A program made the translations under genes and the position numbers. A DNA stretch of 64,000 bases, from NCBI GenBank assembly GCA_041665345.1, contig JBAYJA010000001.1, forward strand, positions 137,206 to 201,205, read 5' to 3'. The notes under the pieces were generated by a model, which did no database searches, was not told where the DNA came from, and was given only the letters and a program-made list of their open reading frames with translations. Below are positions 1 to 8,838 of the stretch, one piece after another (within the stretch, counting starts at the first letter, position 1; the number at the start of each line of letters is the position of its first letter). The DNA comes from Patescibacteria group bacterium. GTDB lineage: Bacteria > Patescibacteriota > Patescibacteriia > PEXW01.

Positions 1-2
1 AT

Positions 3-908
3 TTGCAAGCCCCGCCGCCAACCAAGGGGAAGAAGGTGAAAGCTGCGCCCACGGCCGCGGAGAGTCGGTTAGATTTGTCAGACATTTCTGGCGACTCCAT
101 TCAGATGTACCTCCGAGAAATCGGGAAGGTGCCGCTGCTCCGGCCGGGTGAAGAAATAACCCTGGCCAAGCGGAAGGAAGCCGGGGAAGTGGAAGCCGAG
201 AAGAAGCTAGTGGAAGCCAACCTCCGCCTCGTGGTTTCCATTGCCAAGAAGTTCACCGGTCGCTCCCTGTCCCTTCTCGACCTCATCCAGGAAGGGAACA
301 TTGGTTTGTTCCGCGCCGTGGAAAAGTTTGACTACCGGAAGGGTTACAAGTTTTCCACGTACGCCACCTGGTGGATTCGTCAGGCCATCACCCGCGCTTT
401 GGCTGATCAATCCCGCACCATCCGCATCCCCGTGCACATGGTGGAGACTATCAACAAGTTCCAGCAGATCGAGCGTCAGCTCATCCAAGACTTGGGCCGC
501 GAGCCCCTGCCTGAAGAAATTGCCGCGGAAATGGGCGAGCCCATTGAGAAGATTCATCACATCATTAAAATCTCCCAGGAGACGGTGTCCTTGGAAACGT
601 CCGTGGGCGAAGATGATGAAGACTCTACCTTGGGTGACTTCATTGAAGACCAGAAGACCATTAGCCCCGACCGCGCCGCGGCCATGCAGATCCTGCGGGA
701 TCATGTCAGGGATATTCTGGACACCCTCAGCCCCCGCGAGCAGAAGATTTTGGAAATGCGCTTTGGTCTCAATGACGGCGTGGCGCACACCCTGGAAGAA
801 GTCGGTCAGGAATTCGGCGTGACGCGTGAGCGTATTCGGCAAATTGAAGCCAAAGCCCTGGAGCGCATCAAAGACCACGAGGTGATGAAGAAGCTGAAGG
901 ATTACTAA
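3..908 (+). CDS. rpoD: RNA polymerase primary sigma factor (5' truncated by window)
   Basis: Regions 1.2 ([11 protein letters not shown]), 2 ([26 protein letters not shown]) and 4 ([16 protein letters not shown]). Confidence 0.97.
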   Translation: MQAPPPTKGKKVKAAPTAAESRLDLSDISGDSIQMYLREIGKVPLLRPGEEITLAKRKEAGEVEAEKKLVEANLRLVVSIAKKFTGRSLSLLDLIQEGNIGLFRAVEKFDYRKGYKFSTYATWWIRQAITRALADQSRTIRIPVHMVETINKFQQIERQLIQDLGREPLPEEIAAEMGEPIEKIHHIIKISQETVSLETSVGEDDEDSTLGDFIEDQKTISPDRAAAMQILRDHVRDILDTLSPREQKILEMRFGLNDGVAHTLEEVGQEFGVTRERIRQIEAKALERIKDHEVMKKLKDY

Positions 909-910
909 AG

Positions 911-974
911 TTACGAATAGGGTTACGAATTACGAAAAGATACTACGAAAATACGAATGTACGAATGGGTAGGG
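911..974 (+). repeat. TACGAA-rich dispersed intergenic repeat; inverted copy at 59262-59323
   Basis: Shared core TACGAATA(G/C)GGTTACGAATTACGAAAA..T(A/G)CTACGAA in both copies. Confidence 0.8.
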
Positions 975-1062
975 GAAGGAAAATACGGTAGGCAAGATAG
1001 TACAACTTCTCCCTCGCCCTCTGAGGGAGAGGGATCAAGGGAGAGGGTCGAGGGTTGATGAT

Positions 1063-1137
1063 TCCCAGGTAGCTCAGTGGTAGAGCGATCGGCTGTTAAC
1101 CGATTGGTCGTCGGTTCGAATCCGACCCTGGGAGCCA
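1063..1137 (+). tRNA. tRNA-Asn(GTT)
   Basis: Acceptor TCCCAGG/CCTGGGA, D-arm AGCTCAGTGGTAGAGC, anticodon loop CTGTTAA, T-loop TTCGAAT, encoded CCA. Confidence 0.97.
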
Positions 1138-1176
1138 CCAGCCCTTTTGTTCGATTATTTTCCATTACTTTCTGTT

Positions 1177-1671
1177 ATGGATACAAGCCCTGAAGAGACA
1201 TTCATGAATCTAGCCATTCAGGAAGCACAGATTGCCAAAGCTGGTGGTGATTTTCCTTTTGGTGCAGTGATTACACACCATGGGAAAGTTATAGCAAGTG
1301 GTCATGCAGAAAATAATGCAAAAGGTGACGCGACTGCGCATGCGGAAATGCAGGCACTTCGAAAAGCTTGCACATTGTTGGGAACACATAATTTACGTGA
1401 TTGTACTATCTATTCAACTCATGAGCCTTGTATCATGTGTGCTGCGGCAATTTTTCAAGCAAAAATCCCGAAAGTTTTTTTCGGTGCTACAAGAGAGGAT
1501 TTACCTTGGCTCATGCGAGCCCGCAAGGTTCGAATCGACGATCTAGCGAAGGATTCAAATTTTTCAATCCAAATTGTTCAAGGAATCCTTAAAGATAAAG
1601 TTTTAGAATTATTTGTAGATTTAGAAGCAAAGTTCAGTTCGAATCAAGAGCGACTTCAGAAATTGAAGTAG
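1177..1671 (+). CDS. Nucleoside deaminase (TadA/guanine deaminase-like, Zn-dependent)
   Basis: PFGAV, HAE and EPCIMC motifs; AT-rich by eye. Confidence 0.9.
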   Translation: MDTSPEETFMNLAIQEAQIAKAGGDFPFGAVITHHGKVIASGHAENNAKGDATAHAEMQALRKACTLLGTHNLRDCTIYSTHEPCIMCAAAIFQAKIPKVFFGATREDLPWLMRARKVRIDDLAKDSNFSIQIVQGILKDKVLELFVDLEAKFSSNQERLQKLK

Positions 1672-1695
1672 ATACTGATCGTCCCGCCACGGCGG

Positions 1696-1720
1696 GACCC
1701 TGGGAGCTATCAGTCCTTTT
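1696..1720 (+). repeat. Duplicated tRNA-Asn 3' end (att-like direct repeat of 1124-1148)
   Basis: GACCCTGGGAGCtAtCAGtCCTTTT versus GACCCTGGGAGCCACCAGCCCTTTT, 22/25 identical. Confidence 0.8.
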
Positions 1721-1842
1721 TCCATAGTCTGCGTTTGCAGGGTTGTAACCGGATTGGAACGTCGTTGGTTGCTTTTTTGGATGTTGCAACGAGAATATTA
1801 TTGGAGTAAGCTAATGAATGCTCGATCTAGAAACAATTTTTT

Positions 1843-2283
1843 ATGGAAGCAAATAATTTTGAGAAACGAGAGTCACCTGTTTCTTCAATGAAAGCAAAAG
1901 AGTACTACCTCGCAGACGCAGAGCATGTAGATCGGAGTAAATTTAGAATGGACATTCTACGGTGCGCCCGTGAGCAGGGAGTTCCTGTTTCAACAGTTCT
2001 CGCAAGTTTTTTTGAAAATGGGCAGTTTACCAAAAAGGAAATGGGTACGTTTGCTTTAAATACTTCCTCTAGCGGGAATCTTGTGGAAGGGGCTGTGGCG
2101 CTGATGCACGCGCTTGGTGTCACGGAGGAAACCGCAGAAACGATGCGTATTTTGGAGGACTACATTGGGGTTAGCGAAACTGACCCACAAACCTGGGGCG
2201 CGTCGTGGGTAATTGATAGTGCAATGAATTGGCCACCAGGGACAAGTCTTGCTAGTTCACGAGCTCAGCTGGCAAAGCTGTAA
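1843..2283 (+). CDS. Hypothetical protein
   Basis: 146-aa ORF with ATG and protein-like composition; no motif recognised. Confidence 0.7.
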   Translation: MEANNFEKRESPVSSMKAKEYYLADAEHVDRSKFRMDILRCAREQGVPVSTVLASFFENGQFTKKEMGTFALNTSSSGNLVEGAVALMHALGVTEETAETMRILEDYIGVSETDPQTWGASWVIDSAMNWPPGTSLASSRAQLAKL

Positions 2284-2558
2284 GCGAACGTCAATATTTT
2301 TGAATTTTAGCGTATACCCTTATCTGAAAAGGAGGGTTATCGGTTTGCCCGAGCCAGCATCTGTGCTCAAATGGAGAATCTCGAAGCGAAGCGAGATTCT
2401 GCTGAATGGCGGGACGGGCTTCTTCCAGGCCAGAGGTCGGAGCTAAAATGTGAAACGTCATCGGTTGCTTTCTGCATCCCAAAAAAAATGGTGGTATCGA
2501 CCAGTGTCGTTTTTTCTGCTACAGTGAATGACTCATTTCCCTTTCGATAACGTAAAGT

Positions 2559-3572
2559 ATGCGTACCAAAATTATTGCCACCCTGGGTCCAAAATCGGAG
2601 AGTCCGGAAGTCATTGCGCAGCTGGTGAAAGCTGGCATGGACATTGCCCGGATGAACTTTAGCCACTGCACGTACGATGAGTACCTGGCGCGGACCAAGC
2701 ACTTACGTGCTATCCAAAAGGAAGTTGGCCGACCCATCAAGATTATGCAAGACCTCCGCGGTCCCCGGTTACGCGTGAGCAATGTACCCAAAGATGGTTT
2801 GGAGTTGACCCACGGCATGATGGTGACGTTTTCTACCAGCACCAAAGATACCAAGGCATTGCATGTCAGTGATCCACATTTGCACAAGGACATTTCGGTT
2901 GATGATCCACTTTTCCTGGTCAATGGCGCGGTTGAACTCACTGTACGGAAGGTGACCGGTACTACTATCCAGGCTGAGGTGATCCACGGGGGCCGGATTT
3001 TTGAGAACACTGCAGTCAACGTGCCCAACACTCGTCTCACCACAGCTGGGTTAACGGCGAAGGATAAAGAGGATGTCCGTTTTGCCTTGGAGCACGGTGT
3101 GGATTACATTGCACTTTCCTTTGTCCAATCCGCAAAGGATGTTGAGGATTTGCGGAAGTTGGTGGGCACAAAAGCCAAGATTATTGCCAAGATCGAACGC
3201 CGAGTTGCCTTGGCGGACATTGATAGCATTATTCAAGCCGCAGACGGCATTATGGTGGCGCGAGGAGATTTGGGTACAGAAATGCCGGTGGAAGAAGTTC
3301 CGTTCATCCAGAAGAATCTCATTCGCCATGCTGCCTGGCACCGGAAGCCCTGCATTGTCGCCACGCAAATGCTGTTCAGCATGGTGGACACGCCGCATCC
3401 CACGCGCGCCGAAGTGTCCGACATTGCCAATGCCGTGTGGGAAGCAGCCGATGCGGTCATGCTTTCTGACGAAACTGCTTCCGGTCTGTACCCAGTGCAG
3501 GCGCTGCAGACCATGGCCAAAGTGGTGAAGCGTGCAGAGCACTTCCGCTACCAGACCGAGAATTTGCTGTAA
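2559..3572 (+). CDS. pyk: Pyruvate kinase (short form lacking C-terminal domain)
   Basis: TKIIATLGP, RMNFSH, IIAKIE, MVARGDLG, ATQML, PTRAEVSD, VMLSDETA. Confidence 0.96.
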   Translation: MRTKIIATLGPKSESPEVIAQLVKAGMDIARMNFSHCTYDEYLARTKHLRAIQKEVGRPIKIMQDLRGPRLRVSNVPKDGLELTHGMMVTFSTSTKDTKALHVSDPHLHKDISVDDPLFLVNGAVELTVRKVTGTTIQAEVIHGGRIFENTAVNVPNTRLTTAGLTAKDKEDVRFALEHGVDYIALSFVQSAKDVEDLRKLVGTKAKIIAKIERRVALADIDSIIQAADGIMVARGDLGTEMPVEEVPFIQKNLIRHAAWHRKPCIVATQMLFSMVDTPHPTRAEVSDIANAVWEAADAVMLSDETASGLYPVQALQTMAKVVKRAEHFRYQTENLL

Positions 3573-3595
3573 GATCGGCTTTGAGGAAGCTCATT

Positions 3596-3618
3596 GGAGC
3601 ACTTCGGTGTTTCTTTTT
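3596..3618 (+). terminator. Intrinsic terminator, copy 1 of the GGAGCAC-TTCG-GTGCTCC family
   Basis: Hairpin with TTCG loop and T-tract; near-identical copies at 3869 and 4251. Confidence 0.8.
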
Positions 3619-3679
3619 GTAAACCTCAATATTTGCTACCATTATCTCAACATAGAGAATCAGTAAAATTGGAGGAAAC

Positions 3680-3856
3680 ATGGTTTTGTACATTGCCTGT
3701 GGTCTGTGCCTCATTGGCCTGGGTATTCTCGCCTGGGGATATGCTAGTCTCCAGAAGAGTACATCTTTCAGAGAGTTCTTTCAGTCTCGGGCTGACAAGA
3801 AAATGATCTTTGGTGTCTGCATCGCGGTGGCTGGTTTACTTATCATGCCCCACTAG
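3680..3856 (+). CDS. Small 58-aa two-TM membrane protein (not in ORF track)
   Basis: GGAGG SD; MVLYIACGLCLIGLGILAWGY...MIFGVCIAVAGLLIMPH. Confidence 0.7.
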   Translation: MVLYIACGLCLIGLGILAWGYASLQKSTSFREFFQSRADKKMIFGVCIAVAGLLIMPH

Positions 3857-3868
3857 GAGGCGTAATCA

Positions 3869-3925
3869 GGAGCACTTCGGTGCTCCTTTTCTTATCCTTG
3901 ACATTTGCCAAGCGTATGGTAGGGT
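3869..3925 (+). promoter_or_regulatory. Terminator + sigma70 promoter junction module, copy 2
   Basis: GGAGCACTTCGGTGCTCC-TTTT, TTGACA 3898-3903, TGG-TAGGGT 3920-3925. Confidence 0.75.
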
Positions 3926-3959
3926 ATTTTGAAAGAATAAATATACAAAGGAGTTTGAC

Positions 3960-4124
3960 ATGCCACAGCATTGGACGACGGATATTAGCAAGCGCGCATT
4001 TTCCATCGCCTTCCAAGCCGCGGAAAAAGTTTGGAAGCAGACAGGAGATTTTGAGGCATACAATGAAAGCTTCGAACGCGAGTACCAAGAAGCTCTTTCC
4101 ATGCTCGCCGGAGGTGGGCGGTAG
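3960..4124 (+). CDS. Small 54-aa hypothetical protein (not in ORF track)
   Basis: AAGGAG SD downstream of promoter; MPQHWTTDISKRAFSIAFQAAEKVWKQTGDFEAYNESFEREYQEALSMLAGGGR. Confidence 0.65.
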   Translation: MPQHWTTDISKRAFSIAFQAAEKVWKQTGDFEAYNESFEREYQEALSMLAGGGR

Positions 4125-4250
4125 CAGAGTGATCGTATTGCTTAGTAGATTTTTACCCTCGTGAGGATGAGGCGGTCCATTTCAAGGAGGAGTTTCATGC
4201 ATTTCTGGAAGGCATATACTCCTAAGCGCTTTGGTTTGTAAACGTTCATT

Positions 4251-4308
4251 GGAGCACTTCGGTGCTCCTTTTTCTATTCTTGACATTTGTTCCAAGAGGT
4301 GGTAGGTT
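4251..4308 (+). promoter_or_regulatory. Terminator + sigma70 promoter junction module, copy 3
   Basis: GGAGCACTTCGGTGCTCC-TTTTT, TTGACA 4280-4285, 17 bp spacer, TGG-TAGGTT 4303-4308. Confidence 0.75.
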
Positions 4309-4317
4309 CTGACCAAC

Positions 4318-4722
4318 ATGTCCCTCGATTGGGAAATGCAACACAAACAATCAAGCCAGGAGGAAAAATTGGCAAAACAGGCAAAACCGATCTTCGAATT
4401 TACCGGCGAGCAGCTGTGCAATGTCATCGACAAGGGGCTCGGAGAACTTGGTGACAAAATTGTCGAACTGGTCAAAAAAGGCAGCGCGATTCGCGTTCGT
4501 CTCATCGCACCAGACGGTGATCAGAAATTTGAAACCACGCTGACCCTCGGGCTGGTATGGATTCTTCCAGGATTGCTTTTCGCCTCAATTTTTACGGCAA
4601 TCGCGCTCATTGTCGCCTCAACAGCCATTGCCTTGAGCGAATACCGACTCGTCTTTGAGGAAATGGTGGATGTCCCAGACGAGAAACCTGCTGAACCGGC
4701 AAAAGAGCAGCCGACGGCGTAA
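4318..4722 (+). CDS. DUF4342-like membrane-associated protein (true start may be downstream)
   Basis: KIVELVKKGSAIRVRL followed by a hydrophobic segment and a short final strand, resembling DUF4342. Confidence 0.55.
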   Translation: MSLDWEMQHKQSSQEEKLAKQAKPIFEFTGEQLCNVIDKGLGELGDKIVELVKKGSAIRVRLIAPDGDQKFETTLTLGLVWILPGLLFASIFTAIALIVASTAIALSEYRLVFEEMVDVPDEKPAEPAKEQPTA

Positions 4723-4840
4723 CGCCCAAACGCACATTTTTTTCAGGAGGTCAGTACTGACCTCCTTTTGTATTTGACAAAAGTTTGTTTCACCGTGAAG
4801 ATACAAGACAAAGAAAACGCTTTTTGAAAAAGGAGAGTTT

Positions 4841-5902
4841 GTGAGTATCACGATGAAAGACCATTTGCAGGGAAGCTTGCTGGGGGTTCGCATTGGCGAC
4901 GCACTGGGTATGCCGGTGGAAACCATGTCACCGGCAGAAATTTTAGCGGCTACGGATGGTAAAGGTGTAACGGGATTTTTAGATGCCATTCAGACAAAGT
5001 ATCCCGATCAAGCTATGCTCAAAAAGGGTGATCCAACCGATGACTGGCAGTTTAATCGGATTGTCGCTAAGTCGCTGATTGCTTGTAGGGGTTACAACCA
5101 AGCAGATATGGCGCGTCGGCACGTGGCTGAAAAAGACGTGAATATGATCGGCTGGGGGAAAACCACACGGTCGGCCACCATGGAATTGGCAACCTATTTT
5201 GCCAGCGGAGGCCAGTATGGTCGAGATCCGAACAATTTGCCCGAAGCTAAACCCGATTTTGGTGGCGGGAACGGCGTGGGTATGAAAGTATTTTCACTTC
5301 CCTCGGCAATCCTCGCCGCGGAATATGGTGCCCAGTACCGTTACCCAGAGTACACGTTGTTCCGTTGGGTCGAGCAGCTGACCATGTTAACGCATAGTCA
5401 TAGTGACGCATTTTTTACCGCGTACGCATTGGCGGTTGCGTTTGATGCTTGTGTTCGTGATGCAGTTTATACGTCATCGGATGCGCAACGGCTGCTCCAA
5501 AAAATCGATTTCGAACTTGCTAAAGTTGAAAATGCATCGCGCTATCGAGACGTAAGTGCAACACGCAAACAGATTGGCCGTCTGATGTATTGCATTGGTA
5601 ACCCCGGTAAAGTCACTGAAAATTTCCCTCCATATGGGTTAGCGATTCAGTCTGTACCCTTTGCTTTAGGCATTTTTCTCACCTATCCTGGGGATGCGCG
5701 GAAAGCATTGTTGACCTGTGTAAATGCTGGGTACGATTGCGACACCACGGCAGCCATGTGCGGCAGCCTCCTTGGCGCGAATGGGGGAGTGGAGGCATTC
5801 CCGGCAGAGTGGCGGAACTTCCGACCCGACTTCCAGGAACCGCTGGAGTTGGGCGAAAGATTGTACCAAGCTTTTGCTCGGACGTCCCAACAAACCTCGT
5901 AA
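4841..5902 (+). CDS. ADP-ribosylglycohydrolase (DraG/ARH family)
   Basis: GDALGMPVE, PTDD, GNGVGMK, DCDTTAAMCGSLLGA motifs; AAGGAG SD. Confidence 0.93.
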   Translation: MSITMKDHLQGSLLGVRIGDALGMPVETMSPAEILAATDGKGVTGFLDAIQTKYPDQAMLKKGDPTDDWQFNRIVAKSLIACRGYNQADMARRHVAEKDVNMIGWGKTTRSATMELATYFASGGQYGRDPNNLPEAKPDFGGGNGVGMKVFSLPSAILAAEYGAQYRYPEYTLFRWVEQLTMLTHSHSDAFFTAYALAVAFDACVRDAVYTSSDAQRLLQKIDFELAKVENASRYRDVSATRKQIGRLMYCIGNPGKVTENFPPYGLAIQSVPFALGIFLTYPGDARKALLTCVNAGYDCDTTAAMCGSLLGANGGVEAFPAEWRNFRPDFQEPLELGERLYQAFARTSQQTS

Positions 5903-5927
5903 TTTGAAACTCTTGCACTTTGCATTC

Positions 5928-5995
5928 CACCCCTTGGGAAACTGAGGGGTGGTTTTTTGTTTGGGCTTGACATTTCCTCCATTATTCGCTAGTGT
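5928..5995 (+). promoter_or_regulatory. Terminator followed by sigma70 promoter
   Basis: CCACCCCTT..GAGGGGTGG-TTTTTT; TTGACA 5967-5972, 17 bp spacer, TAGTGT 5990-5995. Confidence 0.7.
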
Positions 5996-6235
5996 ATTCC
6001 TTCGTGTTTCTGTACACTGTTTGGAGGTAGCTGAAGGCTCTTTTCCAATTTGCAGCGTTGAACCCAGAGTTGTGGTGGCTGGTGCCAGCATGGCTCTGGG
6101 TTCAAGTAGGTCAGCCGTAGGAAGGAGGCTTGAGACATCGGCCATCGACTTTTTGCCGCCCAGAAACAAGAAGTTTCTATTTGGTTGAAGTCCTGCGTTG
6201 CGCAGGCAGAAATCCAAAACCGTTAGGAGTTTACA

Positions 6236-6940
6236 ATGCAGCAATCAGTACTTGGGGGCTCAGTCTCTTTATCCGTGGTCGTCCATGGGAAAGAAGTTCG
6301 GGAGATTTTCCATGAGGAGAAAATGTTCATCGAGGCCCACCTCGGATCACGTTTTTCGCTTCGGATTAGCAATAATTCCCCGAAGCGCGTGCTCGCCGTT
6401 ATCACAGTCGATGGCCTGTCCGTCATGGATGGGAAAGTCGGCAAATTTGACTCAAGCGGTTATGTGTTGAGTCCGTGGAGTAGTCACGACATCCCAGGTT
6501 GGCGTCTGAGTGATGCTGCCGTCGCGAAGTTCTTCTTCGGCACACTCGACCAGGCGTATGCCACCCAGATGGATGCACCCACGAACATCGGCGTTATCGG
6601 ATGTGCAGTCTTCAACGAACCCGATAGAACGGCTTTCCGCCCACATGTCTTGTATAGCAAGGGACGGGATAGTGCACCTCAAACTTTCGGTGCCTTCAAT
6701 TCTTCCCTTGAAGGTCAGGGTACGGGCGTTGGTTTTGGTGAAGAAGCCACACACCATGTCGGCCGGACAACGTTCAATAAACTTCTGGAGCCGTCAGCCA
6801 TTTTCGCGATTTACTATGATACGCGGGAAAAACTGATTCAGAAGGGTGTGCCGGTGGACAAGCCGACTGTCGCCGTCGCTAACCCATTTCCGGGACAACC
6901 TGGATACTGTACTCCGCCGAAGAATTGGCCTCGCAGCTAG
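6236..6940 (+). CDS. Conserved hypothetical protein
   Basis: AGGAG SD; motifs VDGLSVMDG, IPGWR, NIGVIGCAVF, GVGFGE of an uncharacterised beta-rich family. Confidence 0.8.
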   Translation: MQQSVLGGSVSLSVVVHGKEVREIFHEEKMFIEAHLGSRFSLRISNNSPKRVLAVITVDGLSVMDGKVGKFDSSGYVLSPWSSHDIPGWRLSDAAVAKFFFGTLDQAYATQMDAPTNIGVIGCAVFNEPDRTAFRPHVLYSKGRDSAPQTFGAFNSSLEGQGTGVGFGEEATHHVGRTTFNKLLEPSAIFAIYYDTREKLIQKGVPVDKPTVAVANPFPGQPGYCTPPKNWPRS

Positions 6941-6973
6941 ACTGAACTTCCACGCTGCAAATTATGTACTTTC

Positions 6974-7000
6974 AAGGAGTCGCTTCGGCGACTCCTTTTT
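6974..7000 (+). terminator. Intrinsic terminator; near-identical copy at 7542-7568
   Basis: AAGGAGTCG(C/T)TTCGGCGACTCCTT-TTT flanks both sides of the 7102-7527 gene. Confidence 0.8.
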
Positions 7001-7101
7001 TGTATGGCATCAAATTCAAAATCCCTGATCTTGACATTTTCCGCAACGTTTGCTATTGTTATTCGTCAAATATAAAAATCAATACTTACAGGAGGTCTAT
7101 T

Positions 7102-7527
7102 GTGGCCGTACATTCATTAACAACAACCATACAGTTTGTCCAATGTGACTTTTGTGGAAGTGTGTACCACGACCACGAGAGCGCAAGAATCCATCATTGC
7201 ATGGCAGGTGACCCACCGCTCCCAGAAAATTTTCATGAAGGGGATACGGTTGTGGCCAGGCTGAAGCTTGGTTCCGGCTTGGAACATGTAGGGTTTGAAA
7301 GAGGAGAATGTAAGATTCTGCGCTTTCAAAAGCCCAATGCGGCCTATCCGTGGCAGCCGAAGTTCAATTTCGGTGGACTTGAAAGTCCGCCTACGGTACC
7401 TCATGAATGGCTCGTGGTTGTCCAACCAATTGGGAAACCAAAAAAAGAAGGGGCACACTTCCTGAGCCAAGAAGTCATTCGGGTGAGCTGCTTAGAGTTG
7501 AAGCCCGACGATAAAAGTCACAAGTGA
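7102..7527 (+). CDS. Hypothetical protein with N-terminal CxxC...H..C putative Zn finger
   Basis: AGGAGG SD before GTG 7102; TTGACA promoter upstream; QCDFCGSVYHDHESARIHHC. Confidence 0.65.
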   Translation: MAVHSLTTTIQFVQCDFCGSVYHDHESARIHHCMAGDPPLPENFHEGDTVVARLKLGSGLEHVGFERGECKILRFQKPNAAYPWQPKFNFGGLESPPTVPHEWLVVVQPIGKPKKEGAHFLSQEVIRVSCLELKPDDKSHK

Positions 7528-7708
7528 GTTTTGAACCTATCAAGGAGTCGTTTCGGCGACTCCTTTTTCTTACCGAAGAATTCGGTGCGTTACTAGTACC
7601 GCTCCTCAAACCCACACCCTCCATCCATACTCGCTTCCAGCCCTGAGTTTATCGAAGGGCCGCCACGCCCAAACCTTTACCTCTCCAACCCTGTGGATAA
7701 CTTTGGGC

Positions 7709-7752
7709 TTGACGGCTTTTGTGAGCGGGTTTACTATGTGTATATCTTACAC
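7709..7752 (+). promoter_or_regulatory. nrtR promoter with overlapping NrtR-type operator
   Basis: TTGACG 7709, 17 bp spacer, TACTAT 7732, then palindrome GTGTA-tatct-TACAC (7738-7752) with a GT-N7-AC core. Confidence 0.8.
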
Positions 7753-7759
7753 TAAGTAT

Positions 7760-8434
7760 ATGGCCAAGGTTGCTCGGAAGTACAAATTTGCAGTCATTGC
7801 CTCGGATGTCGTCATGCTGACCGTCCGCGATGGAAAGCTGGAAGTGCTTTGCATTCAGATGCAGAAAGCGCCGTTTATTGGGAAATGGGCCGTGCCGGGC
7901 GGGTTAGTGCAGCCAACGGAATCTGTGGACGAAGCCGCACACCGGATTTTGGCGGAAAAAGCCGGAATCCATGGGGTATACCTGGAGCAGCTGTACACCT
8001 TTGGCAAAGTGCGCCGGGATCCTTTTGGCCGCGTGGTTTCTGTGGCGTACTTCGCGCTGGTGCCCAGTGACGCACTCCGTCTGAAGACCACCAAGGAGTA
8101 CAAGGATGTGCAGTGGTTTCCCGTGAAGAAACTGCCTGGCCTGGCTTACGATCACGCAGACATTGTAGCCACGGCTGTGCAGCGCCTGCAGGCCAAGCTG
8201 GGATACACCAACATTGTGTACAGTCTGCTGCCAAAAACCTTTACCCTTTCGGAACTGCAGGGTATGTACGAAACGATTTTGGGAAAAACACTGGACAAGC
8301 GAAATTTTCGGAAAAAAGTCATTGGTTTAAAGCTGGTGAAGCCGGCAGGGGAGCAGCGGAAAGGCCAGGCTAGCCGGCCAGCGGAGCTGTACCGTTTTGC
8401 CGCCACTGAACTGAAGAAAGTGGAGATTCTCTAG
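7760..8434 (+). CDS. nrtR: NrtR-family regulator (Nudix + winged HTH)
   Basis: WAVPGG, YLEQLYTFG, RDPFGRVVSVAY, LAYDH, FTLSELQ, DKRNFRKK, RPAELY. Confidence 0.93.
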   Translation: MAKVARKYKFAVIASDVVMLTVRDGKLEVLCIQMQKAPFIGKWAVPGGLVQPTESVDEAAHRILAEKAGIHGVYLEQLYTFGKVRRDPFGRVVSVAYFALVPSDALRLKTTKEYKDVQWFPVKKLPGLAYDHADIVATAVQRLQAKLGYTNIVYSLLPKTFTLSELQGMYETILGKTLDKRNFRKKVIGLKLVKPAGEQRKGQASRPAELYRFAATELKKVEIL

Positions 8435-8456
8435 CAAAATTTTTTACCTTCATATA

Positions 8457-8473
8457 AGTGTAAATAATACACT
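8457..8473 (+). promoter_or_regulatory. Second NrtR-type operator
   Basis: AGTGTA-aataa-TACACT; same arms and same distance to an ATG as the 7738 box. Confidence 0.75.
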
Positions 8474-8706
8474 AACTATATGAGCCTTCTCACCCAATTC
8501 TTTGATGTCAACGTTATTTTACAGACTTCGGGTCAATCATGAGGAGATCTTCCCTGAAGGTGCTTTCTTCGTAGGCCGCACTAAGGAGCGGAGGAAGCAG
8601 TTTGAAGGAAGTTCTGCTCAAAACCAGCAGATTAGCTTCCAAAATTGTAAAGCACTTTGACAATTCGAAACCACCATAGAGTATCAAGAATATGTTTTTT
8701 GTGGGC

Positions 8707-8785
8707 TTGACAAATTGTTGAAAGCCTGGTAGAGTGCTTTTTCTTAGAACTGAAGTACTGGAAGAGCTGGGGGCACTTTGAAAAC
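8707..8785 (+). promoter_or_regulatory. Sigma70 promoter and boxA-like motif of the kinase-vWA-PurA operon
   Basis: TTGACA 8707, 17 bp spacer, TGG-TAGAGT; GCACTTTGAAAAC at about 8773. Confidence 0.65.
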
Positions 8786-8838
8786 CTAGAAATGAAACAA
8801 TTATTAATGAGATGAATGTTTTTTTGGGAAAGGAGAGA

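Noticed and set aside
911-974. CRISPR or iteron array from TACGAA repeats
   Set aside because: Units are about 6-11 bp, irregular, with no spacers and no rep gene.
2559-3572. pyk as a truncated pseudogene
   Set aside because: All catalytic motifs are intact with a clean stop and terminator; short forms are plausible in reduced genomes.
3596-4270. CRISPR array
   Set aside because: Repeats are 270-380 bp apart, enclose ORFs and are terminator-shaped; no cas genes.
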